A stretch of 64,000 nt of DNA from Phoronis australis (taxonomy: Eukaryota; Animalia; Phoronida): positions 317,383 through 381,382 of the forward strand of contig NMRA01000364.1 in assembly GCA_002633005.1 (NCBI GenBank). The letters run 5' to 3'. Shown one piece after another: positions 13,301-24,703 of this stretch. The notes beneath the pieces were generated by a model. The model ran no database searches. It worked only from the letters and a program-made list of their open reading frames with translations, and had not been told where the DNA came from. Each line of letters begins with the position of its first letter. The first letter of the stretch is position 1. The position numbers and the translations under genes were made by a program.

Positions 13301-14561
13301 ATATTTCATTTTTACCGAGTTAATATTTACATTGTTGCAGAACTTCGGCTAAACATGCAAACTTGTCGATTCAAGTATGACATAACCTTAACGGTTACTA
13401 ATTACGCAGGATAAAATAATGAGCGGATTGCTGAGTTGTGTCTTTACATACAGGTATAATCAGCCCAGTCCCGGACCAGCGGGTAGTAAACCCGCGTCCC
13501 TTGACTCCACACACGCGCCGAAAATGCTTCCGTATACGTTGACCAAACTCAGTCCTGGGGTCCATGTTCCTCTCCCGACCGAGAGCACGGGATTGTAGTT
13601 TGGCCACCTTGTATGGAGCATTTTCGTCGAATGCGCCGAATTTAGGGGTGCGGATTTGTACCAAGGGTTTTAGCTTTGTTTGTCCAGGCGTTCGTTCCGC
13701 TGACGCGAGAACCTCGCAAGAAGGTAAGACCAGTCACGTAAAAGTTATCGAGATCGCTTTTTATGTAGACAAGCACGCGATCACACTAGCTTCTATCGCG
13801 AGATTCTGGCGCCTACGAAACTACATCCCAAGATAGTGCTTTAAAATACATCTTGCCAACTGACCACAGCTTGTTGAGTTTAGTGACTGACCAATTTCAA
13901 TTAATTCTAAGACACTGATAAGCTAAACTGTGTATCACAAATAACCACTAAGTTCATAGCTTAAACTTCTAAAATCCATTTTAATCTCGCCGTTTTGTAA
14001 GGCCACAGCCACGCAGAAAGTGAGATGTTTATGCCTTTCCAGACGGCACATCGAACGAATTAATGTGAAAAACATTTCCATTCAAAATGCTTGGATTGTG
14101 ATGAAAAGACTTCATTTTCGGAGGATTCCAATAACGGTCAGATAAAAATGAAGAACAGAAGACCACATCGAAGGTGTTCAGAGGGAGTTATTTCAACCGA
14201 CCTGTGGTCAAAGCAATGCTTCTGCCAGCCACTACCATCCGACATATTGCTGGCTTCACGCAAATTTCCCTAGCATTTTGCAAATTTAATAATTATGTTT
14301 TAATAATGAGAGTACGAATGACTATACTTTCCCAAATTTATTAAATAATAAACTTCAACGTTTTACAACCTAAGTGGTAAGGAGTGTGCAATATTCTCAA
14401 CCTGGAATTCAGAGGTGCGATCATGGTATGTTTCCATTCCCTAGAATGGAATTCATTTATTTCTTCAATAGGAAGACTCATGGGCGCAAAATTTACTTAT
14501 TCCAGTGGTGTGATGGGAAAGTAAAACCGTAGACAACCAGTAACTTTAAAAATATACAAAT

Positions 14562-14567
14562 TTTATT
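14562..14567 (-). promoter_or_regulatory. Candidate Axin polyadenylation signal (AATAAA), implying a ~1.6-kb 3' UTR
   Basis: TTTATT on the plus strand, followed on the minus strand by T/GT-rich sequence. Other AATAAA hexamers lie nearby, so the site used is uncertain. Confidence 0.45.
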
Positions 14568-15219
14568 TTGAACATGTTATAATATCTTTCATGTACATCT
14601 ACGAAAAGTCGAAAATCGGCCCATAGAAACAAGCCCGACGATGAAACAGGGTTATGTACATAATTACTTAGCAACGTGCAAACATACAAAAAATAAATAA
14701 CATCTCACGGTGACAATTTTTCACGTAACATCATGACCTGATTAAGAGACATCTTGTCCAAGATACCAGGCATCAACAATGCCGTTCAATTTAGCAGCCA
14801 TATTGATAACTGGCAGCCATGTTGCAAATGTGAACCCACTTAATACACCTGTTTCACATCAATGAAAACTATCGCTATGCTCCGACACGATTCTAGCTCA
14901 AAATAAAGAATAAATTGACACTGCCTAGTTGTCAATTAGTTATGGCATGTCGACAAATTAGCAGGGGTCCTTACCAAAAGGCAACAAACATCGAAACAGT
15001 CTCTGCATCAAATTAAACTACCCCCTGAGAAGTAACCCACAACAATACACTCAAAGATGCAGAGAGGAAACGAAACGAATAAAAAAAAAACTTTTTGATT
15101 GTATACTTCTGCACACAAATTTACCGCTTAAGAAAGAACAGTTGTATGTATACAAACATGCATAAAATGTTGACGATACATGTTGAACACTTACAAATGA
15201 ACCCAACTGCATAAAACAT

Positions 15220-15293
15220 GCCTTCCATCACTACAGTAGTATGCAGCACAGTATGCACGCCTTCCATCACTATAGTAGTATGCACAGTATGCA
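15220..15293. repeat. Tandem duplication (~39-bp unit, 2 copies) in the Axin 3' UTR
   Basis: GCCTTCCATCACTACAGTAGTATGCAGCACAGTATGCAC followed by GCCTTCCATCACTATAGTAGTATGCACAGTATGCA. Confidence 0.85.
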
Positions 15294-16152
15294 GGGGAGG
15301 CAGTGAACAAGGCATCTGCGAACCGGCAACAGTGGGTTTTCACTTCAAATAACTTTGTTGCCAGATGAACAAGAAATGCAGAAATACGACGAACAAGATG
15401 TCCTCTTCAGTTTCGGGTGTTTCTCACTAACCGCCAGACATTGTACAAACCTGTCCAGCACAATAAAAGCTCCCCAAAAGGTGGAGACGATATCCGTAAA
15501 ATAAACGCAGACACGAGAGGCGTCTAATAAAGGCTGGACATTGTCTCTTAAAAATCGAAAGTCTAAAAACCAATACGTTAAAATCTTTGTGCCTTCCAGC
15601 TCTCGTAACAACAATTACCACAAGAACATATGGTATTGAAGCCTTAGTGTGCATGAGGTCTGGCAACGACGGACTTTAACCCAGCACTGGTCTCGACGAA
15701 AATGCCTTTTCTGACGCCAATAGCAAGTTGATACGGTGACGATGACATGACTGAAACAGAAACAAAAATATTCAATGACAATAGCATATTTAAAGAATAA
15801 AGCAAATCTTGCACAAAAAGCACCAAGTTTAACCACAAGAAAATGGCAAAAAGTCTTCAATTTGGGACAAAAACGACAACTAAATTTGCCAATTTTCTGT
15901 TTTTCAGAGGCTTACTAAAACTCTGCAAATATGGTCATTCACAGAGACTGTACTGTAAGTGAGATTTAAGTATTTTTCAAAAATAATTAGGCGAAGCATA
16001 AGATCCAATTTCTGACTTAGGTCCTGATTACTTTTCGTGGAACAGAGCCTGAAAATCTGCACCAGGAACGAACTCCTGCAACATTCTACATATCTTAGCA
16101 AGAAACAATATTGCAGTCTCCTAGACACTGTAGGTATCTGCCTACCCGACAT

Positions 16153-16279
16153 CTACTCCTTCTTCTCAACTCTGGCGATGATCTTTCCCTCCCACAGGGG
16201 TAGCAGTTCGCTGTCCTCAGACACCTCCTCGTGGACAACTCCAGTGCCAAACTCGTCAGAGGCCTTTTTGAAGAAAAAC
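16153..16279 (-). CDS. Axin: Axin coding exon 10 (last): C-terminal half of the DIX domain
   Basis: Acceptor tgtag|G, phase 2. Reads (K)[44 protein letters not shown], a typical Axin DIX end. Absent from the ORF track. Confidence 0.96.
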
Positions 16280-17210
16280 CTACATAAAAAAAAAGAGTAT
16301 AGTTGGTGAGTTTCTGTTCATTAAGGGAAAAACATTTTAAACGAGCGATTCCGTGTTTACTAGATGTGCTTAGGCAGGAATGATCTTTTCTTCATTCTGA
16401 ACATGCAACGGAAAAAAGTTCATTAGTACGAGGGTGTTTGCAGTGTAAGGATTTCTTACCACTCCTGGAATGTACGTCTTTGTGCAGGTAAGACTGTTAT
16501 TCAATTCACACTATCTAGTAACCATTCAGCTTTAGCATTCTCGCATGAAAACTGGAGCCGGGTAAACTAGTCACGTTTCTTTTAGCAAATATTATTGAGA
16601 AAATCGACTATTTACGCGGGAGGACATATAGAGCGTCAAATAACCATTTTTGGAATAAGTCCGCGATTACATTACGCAACCAAACCTTACGAGAACAAAT
16701 AACTCTATCCCATCATCAACTTCTACCATATCTGCGTACTTAGGCTCATGAGATGCGCAGATGCAAATTAGGCGCACGCGCTTATACACAAACTACTTGA
16801 GTAAAACCATGCTCAAAAAAAATGCACAACCCCTTTTGAATCATGCTCAGCTGTTTGGATCACGGAAAGAAGTGAAGATTCTAATGAAGTAATGCAGTAG
16901 ACTTCCAACTTATTATGCGCCAAAAAGTGGAACAAGTGAGTAAAATATTTTTGGAACAAACACAATATTTAGGATACAGGTGCATGGGCCTAAATACATC
17001 CAAATTTGAACCACGGCCTACTGCAATATTTTTATTGTTCAAGTCAGGAAAGTGCTTTTATCATCGTCTAATCCTCTTTTTATAGTACGTTTCGTGGAAA
17101 AAAGCACCAGTAACAGAATTTGGAAGACAACTGACAACTGCCAACCAGAGCAGATATTTTATGCAGACTCGTGTCAAAACACGACGTACAGAGCACGACC
17201 CTCTACTCAC

Positions 17211-17399
17211 TTGTAATCGCCCTTTTTGCTGATGAGACTCTTGAACTGACTCAGCGTGACGTCGCGGCTCTGCACACTCACTGTGTAGGGTATCGGGTCA
17301 CCGCAGAAGAAGTAAGCAATCTTGGTCGTCTCTAGCGATGGCGTCGACGAAGTACTGATTGATTGCTGGGAGCTCGACTTTTTGGATATCTTCTTGCTA
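17211..17399 (-). CDS. Axin: Axin coding exon 9: start of the DIX domain
   Basis: ttcag|T...AA|gtgagt, 189 nt, phase 2-2. Contains IAYFFCGDPIPY...VTLSQFKSLISKKGDY. Confidence 0.95.
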
Positions 17400-17828
17400 C
17401 TGAAAACGAAAGACAAACACAATAATGGAAGGATGAAAACAAAAGATCAAACAATTTGTAATATTTTTTGAAAATCATCCTACGTTTCAGAAAGAATAGT
17501 TCAATCATGAACAGAACCTATCTGTTTATAATTGTATATTGTGGAAAGTGGTGTGGTACAAAAAACAAAATACCGAGTCAAGCCATTAAGAACACATTAT
17601 TAAGCCACACCCATATTTCAGATACATTCTGCGGCTTCACAACTCTTTGAAAACTAAAGACTTAAAGAATAATTTGCACTTTCTTGTAATAGCTTTCACA
17701 ATTTTATCAAATCACCATGAACACACTGGGAATCCAGCAGTCGAGAATAATTTGCTTAGTGTTTGTGTCAGTTAATATGTACGTAAAATTGTTGATGCAC
17801 ATTTTACTATAACCATGTTCACACACAC

Positions 17829-17948
17829 CTTGTGTCTTGTTCAAACTGTGCTGAGCCTGAAGGGGTGAGTCTCTGGGTCGACTGAGGTATGCTGCTATGA
17901 CTAACCGGCGACTGCCGCTTGTCCTTAGAGACGGGACCGGCGAATGAC
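17829..17948 (-). CDS. Axin: Axin coding exon 8 (low-complexity linker)
   Basis: ttccag|G...AG|gtgtgt, 120 nt, phase 2-2, open: SFAGPVSKDKRQSPVSHSSIPQSTQRLTPSGSAQFEQDT. Supported by splice signals and phase only. Confidence 0.75.
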
Positions 17949-18349
17949 CTGGAAAGAGGCCAACAAAGGTGAAACTCAAACTCGTATTAGAAATGCAATT
18001 ATGGTGACTGACTTTGCAAGGGGTCACAAATCATTACGTTCACAACAAGGTAGTATGTTTTGGTGCAACAGGCAAGACACTTCCACAGTGACAATGACAC
18101 AAGATCAAGGCAAATGTGCTTCCAACTATGTTAAAGTCACAGTAGAAACTTTATTTTTGACTTCGGCCACTTGCCACTATAACACCCGGTAGCCACTCAC
18201 TCATTACACAGATTAGGTTCCTGGACTAAAAAATGTTTCTTTGACAAAAAGCGCTGTTTGTAGAAGCTTTCAGAAGATTTGAGTTGACAAGGATACCAGT
18301 CTGCAACTACACACCAGATGTCAGGAGATGAAAACACTCCAACACTCAC

Positions 18350-18586
18350 TTTGACTTGGCCAGCTGTCGACTCTTGGAGTCCTCGAGGCGCCTCTTTACC
18401 TCTTCCAGTTGAGTGGTGGAGTTGGGTGGGGTCATCATAGGCATGTTGGGATCCTGTATGAATGGTTGGTGTGGCCGCACCACGGGTAGGCCTGTGACGT
18501 CCGGCACTGCCAGGCCACCGCGATCCAGAGAGCCCGATCGACTGGCCGAATACTGAACTGGCTGTTTACCGGGCTTACTTGATGAT
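18350..18586 (-). CDS. Axin: Axin coding exon 7
   Basis: tctag|A...AA|gtgagt, 237 nt, phase 2-2. Contains the conserved Axin motif QPFIQDPNMPMMTPPNSTTQLEEVKRRLE. Confidence 0.95.
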
Positions 18587-18968
18587 CTAGACAGGAAACA
18601 CCGAAACATTAGGATTGTTGTTTATATTGCACAGAGGACAAAGTCGCTATACGTACTGTGCATGTTCTAGCGCATGACTGAACGCCTTGAAGCAATTGAC
18701 CTCAACAGAAATAGGACAAAATAATGTCAATTGAAATTAATACATATCAGAATAAATTGCGAGTAAAATTATGCTCTATATCCAGAAAATAAATGTGCTC
18801 TCTTAGGCCAAGTTCGCATTCTGCCCAATAAATATCACTCGTATCTTTCGTTACCCACTAATTGTACACAATCATCAGTATATTTGTGATCTCTCAAAGT
18901 TGTACAACAGTGAGATGACTCCCAACAGCAGCCATCCCTTCTACCCAAACAGACGTCCTGCTTCTTAC

Positions 18969-19112
18969 CCCTGCCGGTGTTGAAGAGGTGACGGCGAGGC
19001 ACACGTCGACGATGACGACTTGTGCGACCTCTTGTGCGACCCTTTGTCGGAGTCTGGGTAGGGAGACGAGGCGTGCGCGATCTTGTCATTTTCCATCATC
19101 CATGATAAAACT
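18969..19112 (-). CDS. Axin: Axin coding exon 6
   Basis: ttacag|A...GG|gtaaga, 144 nt, phase 2-2. (K)VLSWMMENDK resembles the vertebrate Axin KIMQWIIEGEK segment. Confidence 0.92.
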
Positions 19113-20936
19113 CTGTAAAGGGCAGTGACAACATTTATAGCAATGCATAATTTAACACAACAGAGTCGGTTGGTAACAGTACAGCTGCACTTTGTCTCAA
19201 GGGTTTCATATTTCGAGCGGGTTGTTAACAGTACAGACGCACCGAGTACTGAGGATTCCATTTTTGAGTGGGTTGGTGATAGTACAACTGCTCTAAGTAC
19301 TGAGGGCTTCATTTATCGTACTATAGTATTGATGCATTAGGACATGTGGTGGCTACTGGTAGTGTTTCAATCAAATGTGTCCAACTGACTCCTGGCTGAA
19401 GAGGGCGTATTTTGAAAATTTTGCAAAATGTCTCAAGTAAGGGCAATTCACCACAAACAATATTTTCCATGAACAGTACTTTACATACGCAAATGATACA
19501 TTTTAAACAGATATTTGTATAAAATTAATAAGGTCAACACTTCAAATGATATATTAAAAAATTTCTCTCAGGTGTGAAGGTGTTTTCATTGACTCATGAA
19601 TATGCCAAGCACTTTCAATTCATCAAAAACCTCATTTCTTTGGTTTACCTGCGACTTAAAACGCGCGACACCAGCTGACAATTAGGATAATATTCTCATT
19701 AAACCTTCAGGGTAAATGCACGCAGAGAAGCGCATTTCTTTGAAAACAAGGATAAGTCTAAGAAACGACAACAAAAAAACAATTCAATTACAGAGCGACG
19801 ACATCCTTAAGAAGTGGATTCGATTGTCAGGGGTATTGAACGCATGGATGGAAGAGCGCTTGCCTAAGCGCATGACTAAAGACTTCAAAGGGACTGCAGC
19901 TCTCAATAACACACACACCACTTAGATCTAATAATCTACTCTGATAAATAAAGAGCCTTCATGTGTTACCAGCCGGCGTACACACAGTCTATCGACATCT
20001 CTTCGGAGACGCTATGATAGTCCAACATCAGAGAGTTTCCTTCCAGTTACATAATGAACGACTGATTAAAGACAAATATGACAACGACGCTCTCCTTTAT
20101 CTGCTCGCTGTACTGGTCGTATCAAACGTAAAAAATCAATGTAAATTAATCGAGACAAAGTCTAATCCGCGCTGACAACACGGAATGCATTAATGGTGAG
20201 ATGAATTTCGTTAATTCTACCCTCAAGACATTTACATCAAAGGGCGACTGCACAGTTGACACTATAGGCAGGAGGCCAGTTTAATTTTTTAATTTGGATC
20301 AAATAGACTGCGCTTGTACTGAGCAGCACATCTCGCAGGGGAGACACTTGATTAAAAAGTAACGCACTTCATTTTCTTGACTCTTGAATAATTAATAGCG
20401 ACCATAGGCGATAGAAGGCGAACCGGAACAAACAGCACTCATTAACCCGCCTAACGGAGCACGTGCTGCACCGTGAAATACACTTTACCACCAGATGTCT
20501 CCAACCAAACACAGGAAGTAAAATGAAGACGACAAAAACCACAAAAGACGACAACATGATATTGCTAGATTCCAATTAGAAAACATATACGCCAACAAGT
20601 TTCCAAGGTCAACCATGTAGGGGGAAAATGTCAATAGAACACCTACTGATCAACCACAAAGGGGAAAACGAAAACAAAACACCCACTGTTCAACCGTGAA
20701 AGGGAAAACGTCAACAAAACATCTACTGGTCAACTGGTTAAATTACTGAGCACACCTACTAGTTACATCTATGGCCACACACACACACACTGCGGCAATT
20801 CTTCACTGATTTTGCCCTAATAAGCAACCGTCATTGTCCAGTTTTCTTTATCTTCATTTTCGTTGAGAAATGCGTGAAATACTCTCTGCTCAATAGATAA
20901 AAAATCATCGTAACTCTTCAGACACTAGCTACTCAC

Positions 20937-21571
20937 TTTTCGTTGCTCGGATTGCTACTCCAATCTGAAGCCGTCAGCTGTGGTTCCCGCTCGTACACCA
21001 TGGAGACACCACTGTCGATATTGGAGCTGGTGTCCGAACCTTTGCGGATGCCCATCCTTTTGGTTGTGCGACCACGTCCACTACCCCCGCCGGCACCACC
21101 TTCGGCCACGTGATGATAGGAGGCCTTCTGCTGAGCATACTTCTCCAGGTCTTGTAGCTTGCGTGGCGCTGGCTGCTTGTCGTAATAGTGGTGATGATGG
21201 TGCTGGTGAATATGTTTCTGTATGTGTGTTTCACCGGGAACACTAGTAGCGCCGCCAACGACAGCTCGCTCCGTGTACTCGTCACTCATGCCAGAGTCGA
21301 GCGAGTAGTACGACAGGTTCTTCGTCTTGGAGTGCGCTGCTTGCGAGCGCCTGTGTGGTGACTTGGCGCGTGGCGAGTGCAGACCAGGTGAGCGGCTAGG
21401 CGTCTGCTGCGCGGAGCTGGCCCAGACACGTGAGCAGTGGTCCTCCAGAATGCTCTGCGCATTATCATCTGGTTGGCTGATCTGCTTCATGGCAGCAAGC
21501 AGGGCATTGAATGGCTGAGTAGTTGGAACCTTACTCAAGTTACGTCTCATCTCGATTTCCGACTCTTCGCT
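20937..21571 (-). CDS. Axin: Axin coding exon 5: beta-catenin-binding helix and His tract
   Basis: ttgcag|AGC...AA|gtgagt, 635 nt, phase 0-2. Contains DDNAQSILEDHCSRVW, the TPSRSPG Ser/Pro motif and HIHQHHHHH. Confidence 0.96.
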
Positions 21572-23918
21572 CTGCAAAAACAGAAATGAGGCATATTACG
21601 AGACAGTGACCCAACATTTCCCCTGGTTATTTCATAAAGCACGTGAAATCAACTCGTCAATCAACAGAGAGCTTCGATGAAGCAGAGCAGAGCCACAGCT
21701 GATGAATACCTCTTTATAGAAATATTGTTTCACAATCAAACTCACTCGGGAAATGCTTCAAGCAGAATTTTAATAACACTGGCGCCGAGCCGGCAAATAC
21801 ACTGATGCCATCAAAGAGATGACCACAGGCCACAGGGCTTTGATCAACAATCAACCTTGATGACACTCTCGTTCTTTGTGAGTACTTATCTAACACTTCA
21901 CTTTCATCAAGTTAATAAGCTGTTAAACACAGAACAAACTGAAATTTTGTTGCCTCTAATTTCTAACTCGCACCTAACTTTTGAAACAGGAGCAACTTCT
22001 TGGCCCTTGGTCCACTTTTAACACAAAATCAATTATACAATTTAAAATAAATTTAAAATTGAAGAAATCAAGTAATAGTAATTTTCCAACGTAAGTGGCA
22101 ACAGGATTGCCACACGTAGACACCAACAAGGTAGTTGGTAGATGGTGTTCTTTACTTTCGGAAGGATTTAATGCTTTGGGGGTATTTCCTGTCCTTTTTT
22201 AAAATAAATTTGTTGAGAAAACCATGCTATCAAATTGCCACTATTGTGGAATATTCCGATGATTAACAAAACAATGTTAAACGTTAAAAAAAATCTCCAC
22301 AAATGAAAGAAAATTCTTTTCGCCCATGTCACCTCCAGCGGTCTTGCAAACCAGAATTAAAAATTGAATCGATTAAGAGGCTTTTGTGGTCTCAAAAATT
22401 CTTAAAGTTGCACATCGTGTTTCCAAATACAATTTGGTGGAAGCAAAGAAATGACAATCATTAACGGAAAATAACAAGACGACAATAGTTCAACTTCTGG
22501 CGGAGTACTGAATTTCGAAAGCTAAGCGTAAAAAATCCTAACTTAAAGGATGAAGAGTAGCGATACATTTTTAGTGGTAAGTTTATGCGAAACAAATGAT
22601 TGGAAAATGATTTGGAATATATCAAAAAATGAAGCTCATAGTTCAGCTACCCAAGAAACAGCTTTACTATTGAACATGTGCACAGGCACCCCAGACACTC
22701 AGGACTCGGAAAAATTGTGACGAGCAGAGCACTCACGACAACTTTGAAACTCATCAGACACGCAAACTGACTGGCGCATCAAGTAACAATCGATTCAAGC
22801 AGCTCAACAGGTGATGTTTTCTGTGAGCATATGCCATCACACGATTAAGTTAATACAGCGCTGATTGGACAATTGATAGTCACTTAACCTACAAATCAAC
22901 AACTGATTAATAGATTAGCCGTCGCACGGCCCAGTCTGACGGGGACTGGGAATTACATTGATTCAATGGCGACCTCCAACGATAAAACGACAGATTTAAA
23001 CTCGGTCAATTATTCAATGGTTGACGACATGCCAGCAGAATGGGCGAATTACCATTAGATTAATACACAAGCTAAAAAATAGGCCGGCTCTTCGTCGCCA
23101 AAAGAAAGAACATGAGCTAATAAGTGGCTTGTGTAATTTCAGTATCAATTCAAGTAGTTAAACACATGCACAAAACAGATTTACATTTCCGCAGTTGAGT
23201 GAGTGAGTGACTGACTGACGTATCAGTGCAACGCCCAGATAGGAGAAATTTGCAAACAATTCCGTTTTCAACACGGGAGGCATACCATGGGGGTTATCAA
23301 TTATGCATGCAATATCTTCGTAATACAATTAAATGTGAAAATTAACAGGGAGGACCCTTTGAAGTTGTCGCATACATAGGGGCTAGAAACAATTTAATTA
23401 TTTTTTTGCTAGTGACAAGTGCAGTTGAATAGATGTGCGCAATTAAATTAAGAGCAGAAGATTTTTACAAAATCAATTTGCTTTGCTATAAAAATATCAC
23501 AAACTATTAAATTGTAAACTGAAGTACACAGAAGCCTAATATCAAATTAATTGCATTGATGAAATAATACCATTCCCATTAACTTAACCAAACCTTCACT
23601 GATGTTTGTGCTGTATTTTCAATTGTCAACACCACTTTCACCAATAAACAATAGGTGGTGTTTTACAGTTACATTCAATGTGGGATTTTGGACTGATGGA
23701 AATAAAAACTCAAGACACTGACGAGCAGTAAAATATTTCAGTTTCCACTCAGGAGACACAGAAACTTACAATTTTTAACCCTTTCAAAATGAAGCAGCAA
23801 AAACGACAAATCTTCAGCCATAGACGTCAATAATGCAGATAACAGAAGTCACCATGCCTACCAGACCTCTCCAAGCGTAAATAATACAGCTTGTGCTAAG
23901 TAATAAGGAGCAATTTAC

Positions 23919-24074
23919 CTCACTGTGAATTGTCGATATTTTTTCATGCACTCTGTCCTTGGCCTCGCGTTCACGTAATACTGTTTCCAGCTTCTCAATT
24001 AAAATCTTGGCAAATTTGTCCGGATCTGTCTCGGCCGTGTTGCGGTCCTTCGGCACACGTCCCGGGTCAGTCCG
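23919..24074 (-). CDS. Axin: Axin coding exon 4: GSK3-interaction domain
   Basis: ttcag|CGG...GAG|gtaaat, 156 nt, phase 0-0. DPDKFAKILIEKLETV matches the GID helix (EPQKFAEELIHRLEAV type). Confidence 0.95.
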
Positions 24075-24672
24075 CTGAAAGAGCAAGTCCATCGTTAGAG
24101 GTCTTGAAATTTCCACAGAGTTATCTCCCTTTACTCTAACAAACAAGTTATGCAAGCATGTTACAATAACCTTAACAGAATAGATCAAACTTCCGTAAAA
24201 TAGCAAAACAAAAAACATTGTGGATATCATGTCCTCAAATTACCAGAGAAATCAAGTTGCTACCTCAAAACTATTTAAGACCAATTAAGCATGCACAGAG
24301 CATAGAAAACCGGCGATTCGCATCGACAGCTTTGAATGATACCTGAACAAGAAATGACAAAATGATATTTTGAAGATTATGAAATTTCTGATGATACTCT
24401 TTGTCGCCATCGCCACGGCACAGCCCCGCTCGATCCATTAGGCAGCACTGTCGCTGGTAATAGAGTGAAGACAGACTAGTGCCGTGCGTGATGGATGGCA
24501 CCTGACTACTGAATGCATCAACCATATCTAACGCGGCTCTCACTGTAGAATGACAGCCAACCACTATGCACTGCTATATGAACTGGCTTTGATCTATTAT
24601 GAATGAATCACGCTTAGCACAGCTTATAATAGAAGCATAGTGGGCAGTGTAATAATTATCTATAACAGTTCA

Positions 24673-24703
24673 ACACACACACATGCACACACACACACAC
24701 ACA
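24673..24703. repeat. (CA)n microsatellite
   Basis: Interrupted CA run; shorter or more degenerate runs occur near 20777 and 30272-30322. Confidence 0.85.

Noticed and set aside
20974-21518. Alternative-frame and antisense ORFs over Axin exon 5 (likewise 44275-44930 and 53602-54111)
   Set aside because: Shadow frames of GC-rich or repetitive real exons.
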